Of a stretch of DNA of 64,000 nucleotides, positions 24,482 to 36,159 are shown piece after piece. The position numbers and the translations under genes were made by a program. The stretch is from Macrostomum lignano (lineage: Eukaryota), in NCBI GenBank assembly GCA_002269645.1, contig NIVC01002420.1, positions 112,107 to 176,106 on the forward strand, given 5' to 3'. Positions within the stretch are counted from its first letter, which is position 1. Each line of letters starts with the position of its first letter. The notes under the pieces are model-generated. The model was not told the DNA's origin, did not search any database, and was given only the letters and a program-made list of their open reading frames with translations.

Positions 24482-26329
24482 TAGTTTTTGGGCTGCTACT
24501 ACATTGCAGCCAATTCAATTCTAAGATTTTTAACACCGGTAACACAGATTAACAAAAAACTTGTTACAGTTGCAAATTTTTTTTAATTACCCTTTTTTAA
24601 ATTTAAAATGCATTTTAAAGCTTTTAGCTATTTTGTATATTACGTAACTGCCAGAAACTTGTACATCTAAAAAGTGAACGCCCCGAAAATTATCGGAAAC
24701 AATTTTAAACATGGCCATTATTGTTTTTCCGAAATGATCCTTTCAGGGCGCAGGTGCGTTGTTGACCATTATGGCTGGGGCCCCTACTCCAGGCATGCTA
24801 GGCTTGTTTTGCATTTGATATAAGGCTAGTCTAGTAATCTAGATCAATAGACAGTGCTGAGTGCAGTCGCTTGCCTGGCAGCACGTATATCAATATGCAT
24901 TTGTAGTGAAGCTTGATTGATTTAGACAATTAAATTTTTATTGTATCACTACCTCGCAAGTCGCATAGCAAAAGTCATAATTTTACATTTAGTCACAAAT
25001 CGTTTCAAGTATCCCAGTTTTTATCGAGATATGATATCCACTATGCCAGCAGGCAGAATATAAGCATATTGTATTCTTTAAAATTAGAATATTTAGATTT
25101 AATTGTATATTTATATTATAAAATGGCCATAAGAAATTAGCTTAAAACTATGTTCATACGAATTCATTTGAATAGTTGTTTTTCTGATATATGTGCTATG
25201 GGTAAAATAATTTTTTACATAAAATAATTCTAAAGCAGCTTTGACAAAACACTTTTATTTGTTTATTTCTTGTATTTTTTCGAATTTTATTTAAAATTAT
25301 TTTTTTGGTAAAGTAAATATAATATTTAGTGTCTTTTGATTTTATAGGAGTCTAACCAAGAAAATTTTAGGTTATTCAAAGATTTTTTAAAACTTGAAGT
25401 ACTAATAAGTATGAATTATTAAGCATTTAAATAGATTGTAAATCACTTAGCTCATAAATAGTCAAAAATATTTCAAAGTCAGAAGACATATGCATATATA
25501 TATGAGTAGACTGTAGAGTAGCTCAGTGATACTTGAATTTTGAATTGTAGTTTATTATATCTTATAGCAATAATTTTAACTCTGTGAGTGGCCATATATT
25601 TAGCCTAAAATCTTATGCATTAAGAATTTGGCCTGTTAAAATTCTTTTTATGTAATTCAAGCTCAGAATGGCCAACCAACCAGGGCCTAAAGTCTCCCTG
25701 GAAATGATGTGTTCCTTACTACCAAGACTTTCTCAGTAATCAAGGAACAATCATTTCTAGCTACTTTGCTAGGCAATGCAGTTATCAAATGAAGGTACTG
25801 CTTACCTTGACTCTGGTTTGAGAGATTGCCTTGTAGTTCTCGTCCAATGAGTTATTCTCGCAATCTGTTGCGTTCTTGTCCTTCAGGAAGTGTAGACGTC
25901 TAGAATCGGTCGATCTGGTCCTATATCTTCTTTTACTTCCAATAAAGTTGTTTCAGGCCAGTATCTGCAGTCAGGACCAATCAGTGGCCTAGTGTCAACA
26001 ATGGGTACCCTGCGCCGATCTGCAGTTTCACTTAAGCCTTCTCCTTCTAGTAGTGCCTCAATGCACTCTAGGTATTGCTCCGGTAATACCTAGAGTGCTT
26101 TGGGTGACTACAACCAATAGAGTCTCAGATGGACTCAAGAGTCTCAACAGACTCTAACACTATCACAATAGTGAGTCGACTCAAACAACAGGCGCAAATC
26201 AGCAAGGCTTACCGCAACAACTCGACCGAAACTCGATTGACTTGGTGATCAGGAAGTCCTCCTAAGGCTTCCTCTTCGGAGCTTCTTCTATCGTCGGGAG
26301 TTGGCTCCGGGTCCGCTTTGGACCACTTG

Positions 26330-26624
26330 TATTTATAGAGAATCGGACCCCACATGATGTCATTGGGTTCATCTTCCTAAATGTCAAAAGTTCACGGTTT
26401 GGTTGCTGTCAAGCATGACAGGGTAGAAAGTTAAGCAACTAGCCTAGTGTAAGCGCGCATGATTGATTACCGTAGCTGAGCTATTTTTAGATACCTTTGA
26501 TTGGTTCATCCGGGTGCAAGCCATATGATGAATCGCAGGTGGGGTTTGAACTGACAATTGTAGGTCACACATGATTGATTGGTTGCTAAAAATAAATTGT
26601 CCGACTTTTCGCTCTTCTGATTGG
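26330..26624 (-). promoter_or_regulatory. Putative promoter: TATAAATA plus four co-oriented CCAAT boxes
   Basis: TATAAATA at 26337-26330 (minus). ATTGG at 26362, 26500, 26578 and 26620. GTAAGC donor follows at 26212. Confidence 0.45.
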
Positions 26625-26863
26625 TTGACTAATTTTACGCATGTGATTCAGTACTTACTTTTATACATGTTACTTGCTTTACTACTATGTAAATAGTACG
26701 TTAACAATTTTTACTACTTTTTTGAGGGAAGTAGAACACTCTACAGAAACTAAGTCACTAATGTACTTGAGGCGTGAATGTATCTATGCCAGATCCAGAG
26801 CAACCTTAACCAAAAAACATTGCAGTCTATTAAGCTTGCATTATCATGCTCAGCCAATAGCAG

Positions 26864-27565
26864 ATGGCCGCAATAGAGCCAGTGGCCAGTAATGCTGTCA
26901 AGTCTGACGGCGTCGACAGCATCGAGACACTCGCCTCGGCAGCTGTCGACGATGTCAACCGTCGCCGTCAAGAAGCCCAGCGTCGTCAAGCGGAAGCAGA
27001 TTTCCTTGGCGGCTCGCTGCGCGACTCCGAACGACTTCGAGCTCTGACTGTGAATTCCGGAGCGATCGGACGAGACAATCCGGCGTTCTCTAGCGAAAGA
27101 GGTACCGAGTTCGATTCTCCTCGCGAGCGTAACAGCTACATTGGCGACGCTGTGGATGACCTTGAGGAGGACGATGTTGGCGATATTGGCGACTTTCTTA
27201 GACAGCTCCGCAGCGAAGATCCCGAAGGTTATTATGACGATGACGAGGGCAGCAGAGGGGACAGACTGGTACCCGACTGGCTGGCCCAGTTCCTCACATC
27301 GCCGCGATTCTCAGCGATCTACGGCCTGGCTAGACGAGTATCCGACGCGGTGAACGCGGCCGTGTTTGGCGACCAGGACGCTTTTCGTGGCGGCAACGCG
27401 TTGACTTGCACGGAGGCGGTGTCGTCAACTGTCTTGCCTGGTGACGACCGCGAACGAATAGAGCTGCTTCGTCTGTTGAATGAGCCGCATCTGGTTGCGC
27501 TGATGAAGGTGCACGATGGAGCTGCGGCTCGCGCTGTGCCGTTGGAGGACCATCTGCCTGGCGTA
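26864..27565 (+). CDS. MPP5: MAGUK p55 PALS1/MPP5/stardust-like, exon 1 (N-terminal motif plus L27 domains)
   Basis: RRRQEAQRRQAEAD...GRDNPAF resembles the PALS1 N-terminus. ELLRLLNEPHLVALMKVHD is an L27 signature. Donor at 27563 or 27566, both phase 0. Confidence 0.85.
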
Positions 27566-27659
27566 GTTAGTGAAAGAGATTTTAGTTCTGTAATCTGAGT
27601 AGCTTGTAGCGTGCTTGGGAAGGCCTGTTGTATAGACTTTCTAGGGGAAATCGCACTTA

Positions 27660-27945
27660 AATTGATCTGGTCCTTCTCCTTGCCTCCTCTCCATTTCTCT
27701 TCTCATCCTCTCACCACTCTTCTCATTCCTTTCCTCTCTTCTCTGTCCCCTCTCCCCTCTCCCCTGTCCCCTCTCCCCCTCTCCCCTCTCCCCTTCACTC
27801 TCCCCTGTCTCCTCTCCTCTCCCCTCCACTCTCCCCTCTCCCCTTCACCCTCCCCCTTCCCTCTCCCTTACCTCTTTCCTCTCTCTACTCCACCCTCTGC
27901 TTTCTCCTCCCCTCTCTCCCTCTCTCTTCTTCCTCTCCTCTCCTG
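27660..27945. repeat. Intronic polypyrimidine low-complexity tract
   Basis: Direct reading. Confidence 0.9.
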
Positions 27946-28036
27946 ACAGGATATCGAGCCACTTAATGTTCGCTATTACACATGTCTTGCTTTCTGACTT
28001 CCCCTCTGAGAAATATCCCCCTCCAACCCTAAGCAG

Positions 28037-28438
28037 GCGGCCCCCAACGAGGCGGAGGCAGCAATCAAGACCAATAACTCGACATCATCATCGCCTCAAG
28101 TCTCAGATTCGCCGTCGAATTCACCTGACGCATCTCAACGCCGCACTAATAAGCCCAAAGCTCTCGATATCGAGCTGGAAGAGTTCCAACCAAACAACCG
28201 TCTGGCAACTTCGTCACTGCTAGCTGCAGCAAATATTCACGTGACCGTGACTGCCCCAACCCCAAGTCCTTCGGCGTCGCCCTCTGCTAGATCGGCAGCT
28301 TCAACAAGCGACGATAATAGCGCCGAGGTGCAGTCTCCTCCGGTGCCTAGGGAATCGTTGGATTGTCGAACTGAAACCGTAGTGCAAGATGGTGTACAGT
28401 TTCGCAGGGTGACGCTTGTTAAGTCTGATTCTCCTCTG
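28037..28438 (+). CDS. MPP5: PALS1-like exon (Ser/Pro linker plus PDZ start FRRVTLVKSDSPL)
   Basis: taagcag| acceptor and CTG|GTGAGA donor; 134 open codons. Confidence 0.75.
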
Positions 28439-28519
28439 GTGAGAGTTGATATTGATTCATACTAAATATTGGATGCGATCGATTGTTATTTGTTAGGATT
28501 GTCAAAGTTTTTTTTCAGA

Positions 28520-29050
28520 GATCTTTAGGTTCTTGTCAGATATCTTCAGGTTGTTCTTGTCAGATATCTTAAGCTTTTGTCAGAGATCTCCAGCTTCTTG
28601 TCAGATATCTTCAGCTTTTGTCAGAGATCTCCAGCTTCTTGTCAGATATCTTCAGGTTATTCTTGTCAGATATCTTCAGCTTTTGTCAGAGATCTTCAGG
28701 TTCTTGTCAGAGATCGTCAGGTTTTTCTTGTCAGATATCTTCAGCTTTTGTCAGAGATCTCCAGCTTCTTGTCAGATATCTTCAGCTTTTGTCAGAGATC
28801 TTCAGGTTCTTGTCAAAGATCGTCAGGTTTTTCTTGTCAGATATCTTCAGGTTCTTGTCAGATCTGACTTTCAGGTTCTTATCAGAGATCTTCAGGTTGT
28901 TCTTGTCAGATATCTTCAGATTTTTGTCAGCGACAAAAGGTTGTTCTTGTCAGAGAGCTTCAGTTTCTTGTCGGATCTTCAGATTATTGTCAGCGATCTT
29001 GATGTTATTGTCAGAGGTTGCTTTTTGTCAGATATCCTCAGGTTATACTG
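28520..29050. repeat. Intronic degenerate repeat (TTCTTGTCAGATATCTTCAG-like)
   Basis: Direct reading. Confidence 0.9.
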
Positions 29051-29235
29051 GTTATTGTAAATGATCTTCAATAACCTTAAGGTTATTCTTTAGGAATCTC
29101 CTTGATTCTGGTCTGAAATCTCATATTTTCTTGTCAGAAAACTCATTTCATCTAGTCAAATATCCTTTAGTATAGTTTTTTTGTAGCCAAATGCCTGGCA
29201 TAGATCGACTTTAATGTTTAAACCGATTCATCCAG

Positions 29236-29400
29236 GGCGCCACAGTGAAAAATGTTGGCGACTCGGTCGTAGTCAGTCGCATTGTCTGCGGCGGCCTGCT
29301 CGACAGAATCGGCGACCTCATTGGCGAGGGCGACGAGCTGATCTCGGTGAATGGCATCGACCTGACTGGGAAGCACGTTAACGAGGTGTACGACCTGCTG
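29236..29400 (+). CDS. MPP5: PALS1-like PDZ exon
   Basis: Reads [55 protein letters not shown]; catccag| acceptor and |GTGAGC donor. Confidence 0.92.
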
Positions 29401-29436
29401 GTGAGCCGCTGCTCGCTTCTCCAGGGTGGAAGGATG

Positions 29437-29990
<554 letters not shown>

Positions 29991-30123
29991 GGCACTAAGA
30001 CGGACAGGCACTCACAGACAGGACAGTCGGTGACGCGGACAGCAAAACAGACAGCCACACAAACCCACGCTGCTCCCGCTCAATCGTCTACCCCCCCCCC
30101 CCAAAAAAAAACGTTATTTGCAG

Positions 30124-30408
30124 CAAAGTCTCTCTGGACGGTTGGTTTTTCTAACAGTGCCCTGCACAGAGTATCGACCTACAGAGCGAAACAACAACAG
30201 CAGTAGCAGCAACAGCAATAACAATGTAGAATCCTCAACTGTACTTCGCGCTCTTTTCACTTACGAGCCGTCTGAGGATCTGTATAATCCCTGTCGCGAA
30301 GCAGGATTAGAATTTCAAGTTGGCGATTTAATTCGAGTGCTCAACACTAAAGATCCGAACTGGTGGCAGGGAGTGAAGGAGATAGAGGCGGCAACTGGGC
30401 TCAGACCT
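30124..30408 (+). CDS. MPP5: PALS1-like SH3 exon
   Basis: Reads QSLSGRLVFLTVP...LRALFTYEPSEDLYNPCREAGLEFQVGDLIRVLNTKDPNWWQG; tttgcag| acceptor and |GTGAGT donor. Confidence 0.93.
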
Positions 30409-30469
30409 GTGAGTTGTAATTCGTTTAGTACAACAATCCCACTTAAATATCCCGGACCCCAATCTTAGC

Positions 30470-30740
30470 GAGAATTCCTGATCCCAATTCCAGCGAGGAT
30501 CTCTGATCCCAAGCCCAGCAAGAATCCCTGATCCCAATTCCAGCAAGGATCCCTCATCCCAATCCCAGAAAGAATCCCTGATCCCAATCTTTTTCGAGGA
30601 TCCCTGACCCCAATCCCAGACAAATCCAAAATCCCTCATCCCAATCTCAGCCAAATCCAGAATCTTTGATCCAAATCCCAGCAAGGATCCCTCATCCCAA
30701 TCTCAGCCAAATCCAGAATCCCTTATCTCAGCCCAAATGC
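30470..30740. repeat. Intronic degenerate ATCCCAAT repeat
   Basis: Direct reading; resembles the reverse complement of the 9255-10855 unit. Confidence 0.8.
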
Positions 30741-31069
30741 ATACTGATATGGAGTTAATAAATGCGTGTAATTCTTGGTCACATGAACGCATAGGATAGC
30801 AAAGCCGAGTGTACCCACTTGCCAGAGCAAGGCCAATGCTTAAAAGCTTTGAAAGTAACCCAAATTCCACTCTGTTTGCATTGCTAATTAGTTTTCTTAT
30901 TATATTAAAGAGGCACCCCAAAGTCTTACTAACAGATTACATTACAGTCAAGTTTAATGTTAATTAACTCAACATTATGCTCGTATATTGCTATACTGTA
31001 ACATTGTGTTACCTGATTATGCAAAAAACGTGCTTTTAGTCTTCAATGACTAAATCTTGGTATTTTTAA

Positions 31070-31445
31070 TGACTCAAAGCGACCTGAAATGAGCTAAATG
31101 ATCTAAAGTAATCCTGAATGTCCCAAAATAATCCAGAATGACCCGAAGTGATTCTCAATGACTCAAAATGATCATAAACTACTTAAAGTGATCTTGAATG
31201 ACCCAACAGGATCCCAGATGACTCAAAATTATCCCGAATAACTCAAAAGTTATCCCGAATGACTCAAAATCATCCCTAATGACTCAAAATCATCCCTAAT
31301 GACTCAAAATCATCCCTAATGACTCAAAATCATCCCTAATGACTCAAAATCATGCCGAATAACTCAAAATGACCAAAAATAATCTCAAACGAGTCTTAAA
31401 ATGATCGCAAACCACTCATATGACCAAAAAAGATCCCGAATGACC
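31070..31445. repeat. Intronic 20-bp repeat (AATGACTCAAAATCATCCCT-like)
   Basis: Direct reading. Confidence 0.85.
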
Positions 31446-31453
31446 CAAAGCAG

Positions 31454-31769
31454 CGGCAGGAGTCGGCCAGAAGCCTGGTCGGCATTTTTCCGTCGCCGGA
31501 TTTTCAACGCCGACGGCAGCTGATGCTGTCGATGGCCGCGGCCAACGCAGCCGAGGCGACAGTGGATGCCAGCTCGAGCAGCTGCTGCTGGCGCTGTCAA
31601 AGATGCTTGCCATTGAAACGATTCGGCATCCGAGCTGGACGTCGTCGTCAAGATAACCGGTACGCGCCCGCCGACTTATCCGCTAGATCGTCGGGCTCGT
31701 CGTCGACGTCTGGAGAGTCCGACACGGAGCCTGACGTCGTCATTGATGACGGAGGCGGTCGTAATGGCA
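31454..31769 (+). CDS. MPP5: PALS1-like exon (SH3 end plus HOOK)
   Basis: SLVGIFPSPDFQRRRQ resembles the MAGUK GL.P...FQ motif. A|GTTAGT donor, phase 1. Confidence 0.82.
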
Positions 31770-31891
31770 GTTAGTGTGGGTCTTGTGTTTCTTTAAATTA
31801 AAACTAAAGAGGTGGCGAGGCATTTGCTACTATAAACGAAATTTTATTTACTCTGGCCGTTTACCCAGTTAGTCTAACAATCAATTCGCAG

Positions 31892-32166
31892 GCAACAGTC
31901 GAAAGCGGCATCGCGTCGGATCGTCGCGTCGTCAAAAACGGCGGCACAGAAGAAGATTTTTTGAGCCGCAGGCGCTGCTGCAGCCGAAGCCGTTCCGGCG
32001 ACGGCCACTCGTACTGGTTGGACCTCCCGGAGTTGGGCGACACGAACTGCGGGTTCGTCTGATCGAGTCCGACCCGGCCAGGTTCGCTCCTGCTCTGCTG
32101 CACACCACACGGCAGCGGCGCCAGGATGAGACTGACGGCATCGACTTTGAGTTCACTACTAGACAG
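31892..32166 (+). CDS. MPP5: PALS1-like guanylate kinase exon 1
   Basis: Reads RRPLVLVGPPGVGRHELRVRLIESDPARFAPALLHTTRQRRQDETDGIDFEF. Phase 1 in, phase 0 out. Not in the ORF track. Confidence 0.92.
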
Positions 32167-32240
<74 letters not shown>

Positions 32241-32241
32241 C

Positions 32242-32300
<59 letters not shown>

Positions 32301-32301
32301 C

Positions 32302-32344
<43 letters not shown>

Positions 32345-32345
32345 C

Positions 32346-32380
<35 letters not shown>

Positions 32381-32393
32381 CAGTTAGTTAGTC

Positions 32394-32428
<35 letters not shown>

Positions 32429-32429
32429 C

Positions 32430-32464
<35 letters not shown>

Positions 32465-32477
32465 CAGTTAGTTTGTC

Positions 32478-32520
<43 letters not shown>

Positions 32521-32580
32521 CAGTTAGTTAGTTAGTTAGTTAGTCAGTTAGTTTGTCAGTTAGTTTGTCAGTTAGTTAGT
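32167..32580. repeat. (GTTA)n microsatellite starting exactly at the splice donor
   Basis: CAG|GTTAGTTAG... Confidence 0.97.
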
Positions 32581-33019
32581 TATGCAAAAGGCAGCTTCAA
32601 ACTGCAAACCACACACACGGAAATATTGAAGAACGTTAGTTGTCGAATATTCAGAAACCGATATTTCGGCCTGGACTGGGCCTTCGTCAGGGTTTATTTA
32701 TTCGGGTTTAAAAACAAATATATTGGCTGTGAAGTTATTTTAACATAATTTCAATATATATATGCGACTTTTGGGGGTGCACTGAGCAGTGTTGAGTAAA
32801 GAAGTGTACGTATAATTAGTTAAAAACGTGAGTTGAAGCACGCTGATTGGTTAAAGTCTTGCAGCTAAAGCCCTGCACAAAAATAAAGATGTTAGACGCC
32901 ATAGAAAAACAGATTTAAAGCGTAGAAGTGTATGACTAAGCATCTTGAAAAGTTCAACAAATAAGTTAATTACGCCCGTAGAAAAAAAAATATTAAATTA
33001 ATACAGAGCACTGAGAACT

Positions 33020-33035
33020 GGTTAGTTAGTTAGTC

Positions 33036-33086
<51 letters not shown>

Positions 33087-33087
33087 C

Positions 33088-33142
<55 letters not shown>

Positions 33143-33143
33143 C

Positions 33144-33182
<39 letters not shown>

Positions 33183-33235
33183 CAGTCAGTTAGTTAGTTA
33201 GTTAGTTAGTTAGTTGGTTGGTTAGTTAGATAGTC

Positions 33236-33286
<51 letters not shown>

Positions 33287-33319
33287 CAGTCAGTTAGTTA
33301 GTTAGTTAGTTGGTTGGTC

Positions 33320-33395
<76 letters not shown>

Positions 33396-33415
33396 GGTTG
33401 GTTAGTTAGATAGTC

Positions 33416-33446
<31 letters not shown>

Positions 33447-33487
33447 CAGTCAGTTAGTTAGTTAGTTGGTTGGTTAGTTAGTTAGTC

Positions 33488-33527
<40 letters not shown>

Positions 33528-33547
33528 GGTTGGTTAGTTAGGTAGTC

Positions 33548-33598
<51 letters not shown>

Positions 33599-33599
33599 C

Positions 33600-33630
<31 letters not shown>

Positions 33631-33639
33631 CAGTCAGTC

Positions 33640-33675
<36 letters not shown>

Positions 33676-33695
33676 GGTTGGTTAGTTAGGTAGTC

Positions 33696-33726
<31 letters not shown>

Positions 33727-33755
33727 CAGTCAGTTAGTTAGTTAGTTAGTCAGTC

Positions 33756-33787
<32 letters not shown>

Positions 33788-33807
33788 GGTTGGTTAGTTA
33801 GTTAGTC

Positions 33808-33883
<76 letters not shown>

Positions 33884-33935
33884 GGTTAGTTAGTTAGTTA
33901 GTTAGTTGGTTAGTTAGTTAGTTAGTCAGTTAGTC

Positions 33936-33966
<31 letters not shown>

Positions 33967-33971
33967 AAGTC

Positions 33972-34006
<35 letters not shown>

Positions 34007-34031
34007 CAGTTAGTTAGTCAGTTTGTTAGTC

Positions 34032-34066
<35 letters not shown>

Positions 34067-34067
34067 C

Positions 34068-34102
<35 letters not shown>

Positions 34103-34167
34103 CAGTTAGTTAGTCAGTTAGTTAGTTAGTTAGTTAGTTATTTAGTTAGTTAGTTAGTTAGTTAGTC

Positions 34168-34206
<39 letters not shown>

Positions 34207-34270
34207 CAGTTAGTTAGTTAGTCAGTTAGTTAGTTAGTCAGTTAGTTAGTTAGTTAGTTAGTCAGTTAGC

Positions 34271-34303
<33 letters not shown>

Positions 34304-34387
34304 GGTTAGTTAGTTAGTTAGTTAGTTGGTTAGTTAGTTAGTTAGTCAGTTAGTCAGTTAGTTAGTTAGTTAGTTAGTTAGTAAGTC

Positions 34388-34431
<44 letters not shown>

Positions 34432-34459
34432 GGTTAGTTAGTTAGTTAGTCAGTTAGTC

Positions 34460-34490
<31 letters not shown>

Positions 34491-34495
34491 AAGTC

Positions 34496-34538
<43 letters not shown>

Positions 34539-34563
34539 CAGTTAGTTAGTCAGTTAGTTAGTC

Positions 34564-34622
<59 letters not shown>

Positions 34623-34623
34623 C

Positions 34624-34674
<51 letters not shown>

Positions 34675-34740
34675 CAGTTAGTTAGTCAGTTAGTTAGTTA
34701 AGTTAGTTAGTTGGTCAGTTAGTTAGTTAGTTAGTTAGTC

Positions 34741-34783
<43 letters not shown>

Positions 34784-34856
34784 CAGTTAGTTAGTTAGTC
34801 AGTTAGTTAGTTAGTCAGTTAGTTAGTTAGTTAGTTAGTCAGTTAGCTAGTTAGTC

Positions 34857-34895
<39 letters not shown>

Positions 34896-34896
34896 C

Positions 34897-34943
<47 letters not shown>

Positions 34944-34995
34944 CAGTTAGTTAGTTAGTTAGTCAGTTAGTTAGTTAGTCAGTTAGTTAGTCAGT
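33020..34995. repeat. ~2-kb (GTTA)n/(GTCA) microsatellite
   Basis: Direct reading. Confidence 0.98.
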
Positions 34996-35030
34996 TACTT
35001 ACTTAGCCAGCTCCCCCTGCCACTCCGCAG

Positions 35031-35312
35031 GAGTTTCAGCGCCGCATTCGGGAAGGCGGCCACTTCCTGGAGACGGGCCAGTTCAACGGCGATCTGTACG
35101 GCATCAGCGTGGCGAATGTGATCAGCGTGGTGGAGTCTGGCTCGGTGTGCGTGCTCACCATGCAGCCGGCCGGACTCAGGGCCATTCGGCGACACCCGGC
35201 AAGGCTGATGCCCTACTCAGTTTTTGTCAGTCCGCCGCCAAGTTTAAATGGACTGCGCGCTCTGCGACGAAAATTGTCCCCCAGTGGCGCCGAAGTGGCG
35301 CCTGAGGATAGC
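35031..35312 (+). CDS. MPP5: PALS1-like guanylate kinase exon 2
   Basis: Reads EFQRRIREGGHFLETGQFNGDLYGISV...CVLTMQP...LMPYSVFVSPP; ccgcag| acceptor and |GTGAGT donor. Confidence 0.92.
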
Positions 35313-35384
35313 GTGAGTGAATGTTCTATTACCGATTGGAAGCTGAAACTCTAGGGTCTGGAGTCTCACGGTGAGATTAAGGTG

Positions 35385-35700
35385 TGCTATCTCAGGGTGA
35401 GATTCTAAGGTGTGGTATCTCAGGGTGAGATTCTAAGGTGTGCTATCTCAGGGTGAGATTCCAAGGTGTGGTATCTCAGGGTGAGATTCTAAGGTGTGGT
35501 ATCTCCGGGTGAGATTCCAAGGTGTGGTATCTCAGGGTGAGATTCTGAAGTGTGGTATCTCAGGGGGAGATTCTAAGGTGTGGTATCTCAGGGTGAGATT
35601 CTAAGGTGTGGTATCTCAGAGTGAGATTCCAAGGTGTAGTATCTAAGGGTGAGATTTAAAGGTGTCATGTTTCAGTGTGAAATTCTCAGGGTGAAATTCA
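35385..35700. repeat. Intronic 28-bp minisatellite (CAGGGTGAGATTCTAAGGTGTGGTATCT)
   Basis: Direct reading. Confidence 0.93.
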
Positions 35701-35874
35701 AATGTGTGGTATTTAAAGGTAAGATTCTCGTGTCTCGTGAATTTTCTTGTACATGTATGTGAGACTTCAGATTTGTTGAGACTTCCTATAGCTGAGTTGA
35801 GGTGAAATTTGCAGTAATAAGAGGTGAGCTTTCGGACTTAGCAGGGGTTGTCCTAACTTTTTTTATCTTTCAAG

Positions 35875-36108
35875 GACGCCGATTTGCACAAACTGATCGA
35901 CCTGAGCCGCCGCATGGAGGAGTCCTGCGGTCATCTGGTCGACCGAGTGTTGGTCAACACCGATTTGAGCGCCTCGGTTGCCCAGCTGGTTGGCATGGTA
36001 ACCCGTCTTGAACGGGAGCCGCAGTGGGTTCCAGCGTCTTGGCTGCAGCCTCCGGCGGCTGCCGCTGCTCGACTGGCTGGTAGCGAGATTGCTGACACAG
36101 CCTGTTGA
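35875..36108 (+). CDS. MPP5: PALS1-like terminal exon
   Basis: Reads DADLHKLIDLSRRMEESCGHLVDRVLVN...EPQWVPASW, the canonical p55-MAGUK end, then TGA. Confidence 0.92.
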   Translation, partial: DADLHKLIDLSRRMEESCGHLVDRVLVNTDLSASVAQLVGMVTRLEREPQWVPASWLQPPAAAAARLAGSEIADTAC

Positions 36109-36159
36109 AATTTCGGAATGCCCTGGATTCTCCTTGACCCCTGTTCGACTTAGATCTAG

